Of a stretch of 64,000 nucleotides of DNA, positions 36,041 to 44,679 are shown one piece after another (position 1 is the stretch's first letter; every line of letters begins with the position of its first letter). Origin of the DNA: a virus. The position numbers were made by a program, and so were the translations under genes. Below the pieces are notes generated by a model that worked only from the letters and a program-made list of their open reading frames with translations, searched no databases and was not told the origin of the DNA. The stretch lies in the IMG/VR virus record IMGVR_UViG_3300045988_180769, positions 41,942 through 105,941 of that record. One strand, 5' to 3'.

Positions 36041-36082
36041 TAAAAAGAAAAGAGGAAGGAGTGTTTTTGTTCTCCCTCCTCT
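36041..36082 (-). terminator. rho-independent terminator after the major capsid gene
   Basis: Minus strand reads AGAGGAGGGAG-AACAAAAACA-CTCCTTCCTCT (11-bp stem, one mismatch) followed by TTTCTTTTTA. Confidence 0.7.
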
Positions 36083-36106
36083 TTATCTACGATTAATATT
36101 TATTTT

Positions 36107-37618
36107 TTAGATACCTTCGTCACCAATGTTAACGATACGAACGATCTTAGCAGGTTGATACAGAACTGGAGTTCCATAATTCAAAATTGCAAATCTACGA
36201 GAAGGAGCTGTGATAGCAAAATCCATCTTCATAGTATCTGCGAATTGCAGATATTCATTGATCTGGTTATCGTTGTAATAAACAAGAGCTGATTTCGTAC
36301 CAGCGATAATACGATTACGATCGCGAACACAATTGGCTGCAGCTCCATCATAACCATTAGCCAACTGAGCAACTGGAACTTCAAAAATTGGATAGTAATC
36401 AGTTGTGTCATTCAATGCAGCATCTTTCTTGGTACGATAGATAACAAAACATGTTGCTGCATACGCTCCACCTGTACCTGCTGTAAATCCAAATTCAACT
36501 GATTCTGTACCAGTTACAGCCTGTGCTACAGTAGTGATATTCAAAGGAGCTGATTCACCATAACGATTTTTTGCAGTTACCAAATAACCATAAGTACCAG
36601 CATGTTGACCAAAGTTTGTCTTTGTATCACCAGCATTTACTTTAATCGCTGTACCAGCTACAGGAACAACAGGAGCTTTTGGAGAAGTTGATGTTCTGTT
36701 TACTTTGATAGGTTTGCGCTCGTCAAAGAATCGGTCGTTCTTGATATTAATCTTACCAAACTGAGTGGTAACATCATTTACAGATTGACCCATCGTTGCA
36801 CCAGTTACAGATGCCTGAAGACCTACGATAACTCGTTTGCTTTCATGGAACAACTGCACATAGTTATTAAATACAATAGGATTAGAGATGATACGATCAA
36901 TATAACCATTATAAACATTAACAACTACATTAGAAGCATCTTGAATCAACTTGTCATTCAAAACCTGATTCTGTGCATTAATTACAGCAGGTGAATTGAA
37001 ATATGCATCAAGTAACTGTTCAGAAGTCTTACCTTCAGCAGTACCACCATCCATTTCATTTACACCCAACATATGCTGTCTAAAGATACCATCGAACTGT
37101 TCAGGAACACAAGTAGAATCAGCATCTACCAAACGAGTATCAATCAAAGTCTGTAACAAGATAGTCTTGTTTTCAACTTCTTTTGTATACATATTCATAC
37201 CACCAGCCAATCGAGCCAACATCGCAGGATGAGTAACTTGACCAGTCACACCCATGAACTTGGTGATGATTGACTTACGTCTGTATTGAGAATCTGTCTC
37301 TTCAGGTGTCTCACCTTCAGTATTGAAAATACCAATGTTTTCACCATATTTGTACAACTGATTGTACTGATGAACTGTATTGTCAATCTTGTGTTTGGGC
37401 ATTTCTTGAAAATAAACCAACTGATTGAGTCTATTACCAAGAATCTTCAAAACAGAGTCCAAAGATTCAACTTTCAGACCACCACCATTGTTGATCTGGT
37501 TGTTGTATTGCATACCAGTCTCAAGACCAGCTTCCATTGCTTTCAAGATGTCTGATGCTGCAATTCCATCCATCAAATCGACACCTGTACCACTGTTAGT
37601 ATAATTGTATAAATCCAT
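36107..37618 (-). CDS. major capsid protein (503 aa)
   Basis: Order protease-scaffold-this gene, size, and a strong terminator downstream. No family motif named with certainty. Confidence 0.75.
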   Translation of the reverse strand: MDLYNYTNSGTGVDLMDGIAASDILKAMEAGLETGMQYNNQINNGGGLKVESLDSVLKILGNRLNQLVYFQEMPKHKIDNTVHQYNQLYKYGENIGIFNTEGETPEETDSQYRRKSIITKFMGVTGQVTHPAMLARLAGGMNMYTKEVENKTILLQTLIDTRLVDADSTCVPEQFDGIFRQHMLGVNEMDGGTAEGKTSEQLLDAYFNSPAVINAQNQVLNDKLIQDASNVVVNVYNGYIDRIISNPIVFNNYVQLFHESKRVIVGLQASVTGATMGQSVNDVTTQFGKINIKNDRFFDERKPIKVNRTSTSPKAPVVPVAGTAIKVNAGDTKTNFGQHAGTYGYLVTAKNRYGESAPLNITTVAQAVTGTESVEFGFTAGTGGAYAATCFVIYRTKKDAALNDTTDYYPIFEVPVAQLANGYDGAAANCVRDRNRIIAGTKSALVYYNDNQINEYLQFADTMKMDFAITAPSRRFAILNYGTPVLYQPAKIVRIVNIGDEGI

Positions 37619-37650
37619 ACTTTTTATTTGTTTCTATTTATGTAACAAAA

Positions 37651-38346
37651 TTATTTAACAAATTTTACATTGTTCTTTTCATACATATAACGAGCTAAAT
37701 CTTCGCCCATTACATCTGCTTCAGGATTTGTCAAAAAAGCGAGTGCATCATCCTGTAGAGATTTTCTGATAATATCGTCTGCACCATCCAAAGCCTTTTC
37801 AATCAACTTTGATGCCATCGGACGTTGAGTAACAATGTTTACTTCATACTTATCGTTTTCGTCTTTTTCAAAATTCATTGCCTTTTCGATTGCACGAAAA
37901 TTGTTTAAGCCTTCAGATTTGAAAGAAGGAGTAGAACTTCCGATCTTATCCAACTTTTGATCCATTCTTTCAACAGATTTCTGTAAACTTTCGATAATAG
38001 GAGCAAAAACAGATAAAGACTTCTGAATTGTCGCATTTACAGATTTCATCATTTCTTCCTGATCTTCATCGTCATCAGACTTTTCGATTCCTTCTGCATC
38101 ACGATCTTCCGCAGTGTCTTTTTCATCTCTTTTTACTTTCTTCTCTTTCTTTACAGCTTCTCTTTCGAGTTTATCAATGTCTTCTTCTTGTTTTGTTTCA
38201 GACTCATGATCACCTCGCGCAGCACGATCCTCCGATTTCTCAAGATTGATATCACCAGAGTCAATTCCTTTCATAATATAATCGTCACTGAATCCGATAC
38301 TTTTAAGGAACTTTACAGTTTCATTGTTTTCATAATTTACTTTCAT
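37651..38346 (-). CDS. scaffolding protein (231 aa)
   Basis: Highly acidic and helical (EEDIDKLEREAVKKEKK..., DDDEDQEE); lies between the protease and the capsid gene. Confidence 0.65.
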   Translation of the reverse strand: MKVNYENNETVKFLKSIGFSDDYIMKGIDSGDINLEKSEDRAARGDHESETKQEEDIDKLEREAVKKEKKVKRDEKDTAEDRDAEGIEKSDDDEDQEEMMKSVNATIQKSLSVFAPIIESLQKSVERMDQKLDKIGSSTPSFKSEGLNNFRAIEKAMNFEKDENDKYEVNIVTQRPMASKLIEKALDGADDIIRKSLQDDALAFLTNPEADVMGEDLARYMYEKNNVKFVK

Positions 38347-38400
38347 ATCTCTATAAATTTATTTTTGGTAAAAATATCTTTTAATTTTTACTTCTCAAAA

Positions 38401-39183
38401 TTATTTCTTCGAATTCTGAACAAAATCGTTCAAAACATTTAAAGATATGCGACCCTCTATGCATTTCTTATATAATGTCTTAAAGATTTCATCATTTATA
38501 TTGTTAGTAGGTCTTACTCGAATGGAGAAGTCTTTGTCTATCGTAATGATATGACCATTCTTTTCCATTTCAAGTAAAACTTTTGTTGTCTTGAAATCTT
38601 TATCTGTTTCAAAATCATAATCAATATAATCCTTAGATTGTTTTCCTTTGACAATATCTGCAAACGCGTTTGCATTGACTGGCGTCATTGTCATAGCAAC
38701 ATTAGTAATGAGAGCTTTTGTGATTCTTTTAGGATTTTTCCTATCTCGTTCGAGAGCTTTTCCTTCAATACTGAAACCTGGTTTTCTGTCTGTACCTGAT
38801 TCTTTCATTTCGAGAGCTTTATCGTAGAACGCTCTCGCTTCAGGAGATTTCTTCCAAAGTTGACATTTTACATAGAACTTATTATTATCAACTTTTGCAG
38901 ACAATGGCGCACCAATCCAAAAACGAGATTTATTAATTGGTGATCGTGATGGTAAGTGATCAAGATTGATCAAACCATGTTTGAGAAAACGATCAATGAT
39001 GAAACCATTTGGCTCCATTGATTCACCTTCATCGTCTTCTTCATTATCAGAGGCCAATCCTTCGAAGATCATCTTCTCATATCTCCGATCATCCCCAATA
39101 GGAAAGTTCAGAGGATTAAAAGAATGTGACTTCTCAAAATCAGCCTCAGCAAAAAAATTAAATTTATCTCCTACGTGGAACAT
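38401..39183 (-). CDS. prohead serine protease, HK97 (S78/U35) family
   Basis: LINLDH (catalytic His context), PGFSIEGKAL (Ser), ITNVAMTMTPVNANAFA (conserved C-terminal strand). Confidence 0.75.
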   Translation of the reverse strand: MFHVGDKFNFFAEADFEKSHSFNPLNFPIGDDRRYEKMIFEGLASDNEEDDEGESMEPNGFIIDRFLKHGLINLDHLPSRSPINKSRFWIGAPLSAKVDNNKFYVKCQLWKKSPEARAFYDKALEMKESGTDRKPGFSIEGKALERDRKNPKRITKALITNVAMTMTPVNANAFADIVKGKQSKDYIDYDFETDKDFKTTKVLLEMEKNGHIITIDKDFSIRVRPTNNINDEIFKTLYKKCIEGRISLNVLNDFVQNSKK

Positions 39184-39193
39184 TTGTCTCTTT

Positions 39194-40042
39194 TCATAAT
39201 CTCAACGAATTTATGAAAATGTCTATGTACTTATCAATCAACTCATGACACCTAACTCTATTCCAGTCTTCTTCTCTTACTTTCTTCTTCATTCCCATAA
39301 GAGCACCAAATAAAGCTGCATTGGTATCAGTATCTTCTCCATAATTAATAACTTCACATAAGTCTTCAAACAGAGAAGTTGACTTGTTTTCCTGAGCTAA
39401 ATAATTATCAATCACGAGATTATATGTGTTGATCACATCACCCTTATTATCATAATCGTTTATCTCTACATTTTCAAGAGGCAAATCTCGCAACAATTTT
39501 TGAAATATGCAACAAAGTTTAGAAGCAAAATTGAAACATTTTATATTATTATGTGTATACCCACAAAATAAATCCATTCTTTCTCTTATGACTTCTGGTG
39601 ATTCCTCAAGAAAATAAATAGCCAAAGGTAATGAGTAAAACAATGCTCCATTTCCCATTCTGTCTGTTCTTGGGCAACCTCTCATTCTTATTGATTCAGA
39701 AGTTTGGTTTCCTATATCAAATAACTCTACACCTGCATTAAATTTTCCTTTATAATACCATAAATTGAGGTTATTTTCATATCTCTTATGAATATCCATC
39801 AATCTTTTAGATGGGTATGAAAAGGCATCTATTAAACATAATAAAACAGATGTATCGTCTGACCACGTTCCTTCTATCTGTCTATGAACTCCTCCTGATG
39901 AAAAAGAAGAGCACTTAAAAGTGCCCTCTTTTTTAAATTCGAATGGAACTCCGAGTGCATCGCCTAAAATGTAAGCTCGAATACTATTTCTTATTTTTTC
40001 TGTCTTCGTCATTCTCGAATTCTTTAAGATTCTTAACTGCAT
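39194..40042 (-). CDS. ADP-ribosylglycohydrolase (ARH/DraG family)
   Basis: IRAYILGDALGVPFEF, GTWSDDTSVLLCL, MGNGALFYSLPLAIYF, YGEDTDTNAALFGALMG. Alternative start ATG at 40012 (MTKTEK...). Confidence 0.85.
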   Translation of the reverse strand: MQLRILKNSRMTKTEKIRNSIRAYILGDALGVPFEFKKEGTFKCSSFSSGGVHRQIEGTWSDDTSVLLCLIDAFSYPSKRLMDIHKRYENNLNLWYYKGKFNAGVELFDIGNQTSESIRMRGCPRTDRMGNGALFYSLPLAIYFLEESPEVIRERMDLFCGYTHNNIKCFNFASKLCCIFQKLLRDLPLENVEINDYDNKGDVINTYNLVIDNYLAQENKSTSLFEDLCEVINYGEDTDTNAALFGALMGMKKKVREEDWNRVRCHELIDKYIDIFINSLRL

Positions 40043-40148
40043 TGTTAACCATCTCTTCTGTTCCTTTTTTCTTCTCCTCTTCTGTAGGATTATGGACGAT
40101 CGTTACTATACCAGGATCGCTCCATCTTGAATTTGTTTGATTTTCCAT
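39984..40148 (-). CDS. small ORF (54 aa, MENQTNSRWSDPGIVTIVHNPTEEEKKKGTEE...), below the track threshold
   Basis: Hand translation. Its ATG sits at the same spacing from the conserved promoter-leader cassette as the ATG at 56476. Overlaps the ARH start region. Confidence 0.4.
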   Translation of the reverse strand: MENQTNSRWSDPGIVTIVHNPTEEEKKKGTEEMVNNAVKNLKEFENDEDRKNKK

Positions 40149-40182
40149 CTTGAATTTGTTTTTAGTTATTGATCTTTTTCTT

Positions 40183-40195
40183 TATCTAAAGATAC
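40183..40195 (-). promoter_or_regulatory. promoter box GTATCTTTAGATA plus conserved leader (40149-40182)
   Basis: A 24-nt leader (gtttttagttattgatctttttct on the plus strand) is identical to 56484-56507, and the box is identical to the one at 60212-60224. Confidence 0.55.
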
Positions 40196-40234
40196 ACCTT
40201 TTGGACCAATGTAGCAACGATTACTTGAAAAAGA

Positions 40235-42415
40235 TTACACTAATTCGACAACAATAGAATTCGTTCCTTTCGCTACAACTTTATACTTACTGTTTCTTTG
40301 TACAACATATTCTAATTCTGCAATTTGATTATTAACATTAGATACTTTATCTCCTTTTTTGGCTAATAAAGTTATTTGAAGATCATTTCCAAATTGTTTT
40401 AAGTGCCTCAACGAAAACGAACTAAAACTCTTGTCTTCTATAATAGAACCAACTTCTGCACTCAACCATTCATTTAAAATATTCAAATTAGATGGTTTTA
40501 TTTCGACTCTTCTATTTAAAATTAAATTTTCTTCACAAGGATTTTTATTTATAAGTGATTCAATCTTTTCCACTCTATCTGCAATAGAATCATTTTTAAC
40601 TTGTCCATAATTATAATTTCTTATTGCACTATATTCTTGCCCCATATAAATTTTTATCGCTTTCAATTCTTGTTTTGTTGCGTTCAACTTTTCACCTTGT
40701 TTATCGTAATACTTTTGTGCTTCATACAAAAGTTCCTTAGAATCTAAATCAAAAGGTGCAACAAAATGTTTATATTCAACACCATTAAAATTGTGATATA
40801 AAACACCATTCGCAATTGGAAGATAACCTGATTCAACAAGCAACTTGTTTACTTCGACTCTTCCTTTTTCATGCATATGTCCATATTTTTCAAGAATCTT
40901 GTTAAAATTACGTTCTTCTATTGCTTCCTTAATTATTTCTATTGTAGACTCAAAATCTTTTTTCTCATTACCTTCCTTGAGTTTAAAATCTTCTACAGAT
41001 TTAAACGCATCTTCTAATCGTTTAGATTGATCTTCATCGAGAGTGTTTGTTAATTTGTTTCTCTTTTCTGTATATTTATTAATTTCCTTTTTATTTTTAA
41101 AATGTAATCCATTAGAAGGGTTGTTATTTTCACCATCTTTTCCAGATTTTGATTCTTCAGTTCCTATCATAGCTATTGGTACATCATAAAGATTGGGACT
41201 ATTTACTGATATATTGTTCTTGAGATTGGTAACTTTATATACTGTACTTCCATTATCATTAGTCACTTTCTCTATGTGATACTTTTTACCATTACGCTCA
41301 ACTTCAGCGATTCCTGAATTAAGAGCATCTTTAATTTTAGACCATTGGACAATACCTGATCCAGGATTCGTCCAATTAACCTTTGTTATCGTTTTTGGCT
41401 TTTCTTCTGGTTTATCCTCTTCCTTTTTAGCATCTGGAATTTGATCTAACATCTCATTTCCTTTTTCTTTTGCTTCATCTAAACTATTTTGATAATTTGT
41501 CATAAGAACTTTCTTTCCATCACTATCAAATGCTTCAATTTTGTAGTGGGTTTTACCAAAAGAATTCTCTTCAGGTTCAATCGTTACGAAAGCACCTTTC
41601 TTTCCATTAAGTGTAACTGGCTTATTACTTACTTTTTCTTCCTTTTTAGGTTCTTCTTGTTTCTTTTCCTCTGGTTTTGGCTCTTTATCTTGTGTCTTCT
41701 CAAATTCTTCTTTAACCCTTTTCTTAAAATCAGCTAACGATTCATAAGGTTTCGATTCCATATAAAAAGAACCTTTCTTTGTTTTATATTTATCGTCACC
41801 TTTCATGTTTAGAACAATTGTTTGTCCATTAGACTTAACATAGGTTTGAGTGATCTTTTTGAAACCATTCATCTCGTTAAGTTTGTTATCAATGTTCTCA
41901 GCAATCTCATTCTTTAACTTTTCAAGTTTAGAATCAAGTGTCTTTTCATCAAGTGGTTTTTGTTCTTCTTTCTTTTTCTTTGATTCAGCAATCTTATCTT
42001 TAATCTTGTTAAGCACCTCTTCATCCAGATCTAATTCACCTTTTTCTTGGGCATCAAGAATTCTTTGAAGTGCTGAAGAAATACCAACTTCTTTATTCTC
42101 CTTATCACCTTTATTTTCTTCTGTTTTACCTTGTCTATTTTCAAGTTCTTTCTTTGCAGCTTCTCTTACTTCTTTTGGCGCATCCTTATCTTTTAATGCT
42201 GCATTTAACTGTTCATCACTCGCTTTAGAAGCATGTTCAGAATGATCAACCTTTTTATCTTTTGATGAGATTTCCTCTTCTTCAGAAGAATTCTTTCCTT
42301 TACCTTTTGGTTTCCATCCTGTTGCTGTTTTTATATAAACTTTACCTCCCCAAGTTTTCTCTGTTCCAACTGGAGATGCTTTCTTTGCCTTTTCAATCAA
42401 ATCAATTAAATCCAT
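40235..42415 (-). CDS. Lys/Glu-rich protein with C-terminal R-S-E ADP-ribosyltransferase domain (726 aa; Alt/C3/VIP2-like)
   Basis: C-terminal approx 175 aa: IKIYMGQEYSAIRNYNYG; LILNRRVEI (Arg, about nt 40508-40513); DKSFSSFSL (S-x-S, about 40412-40429); QIAELEYVV (E-x-E, 40310-40318). Confidence 0.75.
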   Translation of the reverse strand: MDLIDLIEKAKKASPVGTEKTWGGKVYIKTATGWKPKGKGKNSSEEEEISSKDKKVDHSEHASKASDEQLNAALKDKDAPKEVREAAKKELENRQGKTEENKGDKENKEVGISSALQRILDAQEKGELDLDEEVLNKIKDKIAESKKKKEEQKPLDEKTLDSKLEKLKNEIAENIDNKLNEMNGFKKITQTYVKSNGQTIVLNMKGDDKYKTKKGSFYMESKPYESLADFKKRVKEEFEKTQDKEPKPEEKKQEEPKKEEKVSNKPVTLNGKKGAFVTIEPEENSFGKTHYKIEAFDSDGKKVLMTNYQNSLDEAKEKGNEMLDQIPDAKKEEDKPEEKPKTITKVNWTNPGSGIVQWSKIKDALNSGIAEVERNGKKYHIEKVTNDNGSTVYKVTNLKNNISVNSPNLYDVPIAMIGTEESKSGKDGENNNPSNGLHFKNKKEINKYTEKRNKLTNTLDEDQSKRLEDAFKSVEDFKLKEGNEKKDFESTIEIIKEAIEERNFNKILEKYGHMHEKGRVEVNKLLVESGYLPIANGVLYHNFNGVEYKHFVAPFDLDSKELLYEAQKYYDKQGEKLNATKQELKAIKIYMGQEYSAIRNYNYGQVKNDSIADRVEKIESLINKNPCEENLILNRRVEIKPSNLNILNEWLSAEVGSIIEDKSFSSFSLRHLKQFGNDLQITLLAKKGDKVSNVNNQIAELEYVVQRNSKYKVVAKGTNSIVVELV

Positions 42416-42435
42416 AAGACTGCTTTTAAAAGTGT

Positions 42436-42460
42436 TGGCGAACCATAAAGATTCGCCAAT
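42436..42460 (-). terminator. stem-loop TTGGCGAA-(9 nt)-TTCGCCAA then CACTTTTAAAA
   Basis: 8-bp perfect stem between the stop at 42467 and the start at 42415; weak U-tract. Confidence 0.4.
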
Positions 42461-42466
42461 GTTATA

Positions 42467-44218
42467 TTAATGCATTTGTAAACGATACTTGGTTTGCATC
42501 AAATCTCCAAGAAAATCTTCAATCCAAGACATTTCACCAAGATAATCAATATTATCTTTTATAACCTCATGAAAATCTTGTGTTCGCTTAATAATCAAAT
42601 CTACAAGTTCTATAGGATCATTCACATTAATTTCTTCACCTACAATTTCACCTTCTTTAAATCGACCAAACTTGCTTTGACCTGCTTCCATCACTCGATC
42701 TTCGTAATCAGAAAGTGTATCTTCGAGATCATCGAGATATTCATGTTTAGAATTATCTAACTCACCCCAATGAACATTCTTTGTACGAGTTTTTGCTCCT
42801 TCAATAAAATTAGCAAAATCAGCAAATAAACCAGACATCATGTCTTCAGCTTTTTCGATTGTCTCAACAGAATCAATATCAAGTTTACCAGACTTTTTCA
42901 TTTCATTAATCAATGATTTAAACATATCAGCCTGATCAAGATCGTTGAAGTTAATTGTCAATGAAAAACCATTTGTAGACTTTTTAATACCATCGTCATC
43001 TGGTTCTTTTTCTTTATCATCAAGATGTTCTTTACAGATTGTATTTGCATCGTCACAATCCATTGTCTTTTCAACATCATCGTGATCGCCCCAACTTTCA
43101 GGAAGTTCATCTGTAAGTCCAAGTTCTTTCGCTCTTTTCTTAATCCATGCCTTTACTTCACTATCAGGCATTGAAGAAGCTCCTACAAGTCGTATAGCAT
43201 CTTTTAGATCTTGACTGTTGCGAATTGGATATTTTCCATTTGACATCGCTTCGCCTTTCTTGGCGAGATCTTTTCTTTCTTTATGAGAAAAATATGTCTT
43301 ATTGTTAGCTTTTTCAATCTCCTCAGGATGTTTGTCACAATATGCTTTGAACACATTCTGTGAAATTACACCATCATTGAAAGCTTTTTGTATTTTCATC
43401 AAAGGACTGGGTTGAATTTCAAGTCCAAGAATTCTTTTAAGATTATCCTTCATATCAAAAATGAAATCATAATCGTCCAATTCTGTTCCAGGATAAATCC
43501 ATTCAGCTCCAATTTCCTCTTCGCTATCAACTAAAACTGTTGTAGGAGAATCGTCATCTACATGACCCATAAAATAATGAATGATGCAATCTTTTGATTC
43601 AGCGACAGCAACTTCCATTAATGTATCTTCTGGTACTTCAATTCCTGTCTCTTCAAAAAGTTCTCTACATGCTGCTTCACGATAATCTTCACCAGCATCT
43701 ACATGACCTCCAGGAATGCACCATTCTTGTGTATTTCCTCCCATAACACCAGCTCTCTGTAAGATCAATAATTTATCTCCTCTAAAAAGCAATACGTCTG
43801 CATAACGAATCTTTCCAGTCTTTGCTTTAATGATATCGTTATATACAGATTTTGAAATCCTTTTGTTTTTGTAGGATTGTTTTGCATCATGAAGAATTTT
43901 CAAGTCAACAATTGCATCGAAAATCTCTTCATCGTTTTCAAGTCTATTCATCGACTTTTCAATCTGTGATTTTTCTTTTTGCAACTTTGCTACTTTCTTT
44001 GCATGTTCTGTCAAAAAGGAGTTATGTCGATCTCGAACTTCTTTTCTCTCTTCAGTTCCTAAAAGCGATATACTCTTTAAGATTTCACTTTGTTCAAGAA
44101 ATTCCTGAGACATTTCTTCAACTTTATTGTCAATGTCTACAGACTTCTTCAATAATACTTTGTATTCACCAATCTTCTCTTGTGCTGATTGGAGATTTAA
44201 TATTTTTCTGATATTCAT
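42467..44218 (-). CDS. multidomain protein with central Nudix hydrolase domain (583 aa)
   Basis: Nudix box GGHVDAGEDYREAACRELFEETGIEV (about 43641-43718); N-terminal coiled coil. The C-terminal segment KNVHWGELDNSKHEYLDDLEDTLSDYEDRVMEAG weakly resembles the Dps/ferritin helix pair. Confidence 0.8.
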   Translation of the reverse strand: MNIRKILNLQSAQEKIGEYKVLLKKSVDIDNKVEEMSQEFLEQSEILKSISLLGTEERKEVRDRHNSFLTEHAKKVAKLQKEKSQIEKSMNRLENDEEIFDAIVDLKILHDAKQSYKNKRISKSVYNDIIKAKTGKIRYADVLLFRGDKLLILQRAGVMGGNTQEWCIPGGHVDAGEDYREAACRELFEETGIEVPEDTLMEVAVAESKDCIIHYFMGHVDDDSPTTVLVDSEEEIGAEWIYPGTELDDYDFIFDMKDNLKRILGLEIQPSPLMKIQKAFNDGVISQNVFKAYCDKHPEEIEKANNKTYFSHKERKDLAKKGEAMSNGKYPIRNSQDLKDAIRLVGASSMPDSEVKAWIKKRAKELGLTDELPESWGDHDDVEKTMDCDDANTICKEHLDDKEKEPDDDGIKKSTNGFSLTINFNDLDQADMFKSLINEMKKSGKLDIDSVETIEKAEDMMSGLFADFANFIEGAKTRTKNVHWGELDNSKHEYLDDLEDTLSDYEDRVMEAGQSKFGRFKEGEIVGEEINVNDPIELVDLIIKRTQDFHEVIKDNIDYLGEMSWIEDFLGDLMQTKYRLQMH

Positions 44219-44260
44219 AATGAAGATAATTTAATTCTGTCCTAAATATACAACTAATTT

Positions 44261-44677
44261 TTATATCTGATCACTTTTTATGCAAATATTATTCACATAA
44301 AGCGTTTTACCCTTTTTTAATTGAATGCTATAAAAGAAACGATTAACAGTTTCCATCTTCTCAATTCTATCAACAATTGCCACATCTCCATTCCTGTGTA
44401 ACATTGAGTCTCCAATTGTAAGATCTTTAACTATCGTTCCATCAAGTAATTCTTGATCTCCTGAAATACGATCTATCACTCCTTCTTCATTGAAAGTGTG
44501 ATAATACACATTATAAACTGCATCTCGTGGTTTCGCCAATCGTTGATTTATCAACTTGACTTTAGAAAATGACTTTCTGTCAGTTAGGATCAAATCATTT
44601 GGTTTGATATCTTTTAAGAACTTATCACCTTCGATTGTCCTTATTTCTACAAAGTTCGAATTAAATCCACCTTTCAT
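44261..44677 (-). CDS. free-standing Hint-fold (mini-intein-like) protein lacking splicing nucleophiles (138 aa)
   Basis: FVEIRTIEGDKFLKDIKPNDLILT (block A-like), RISGDQELL (block B with His replaced), DLTIGDSML, FFYSIQLKKGKTLYVNNICIKS (blocks F/G-like, no HN-Cys). Confidence 0.6.
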   Translation of the reverse strand: MKGGFNSNFVEIRTIEGDKFLKDIKPNDLILTDRKSFSKVKLINQRLAKPRDAVYNVYYHTFNEEGVIDRISGDQELLDGTIVKDLTIGDSMLHRNGDVAIVDRIEKMETVNRFFYSIQLKKGKTLYVNNICIKSDQI

Positions 44678-44679
44678 GT

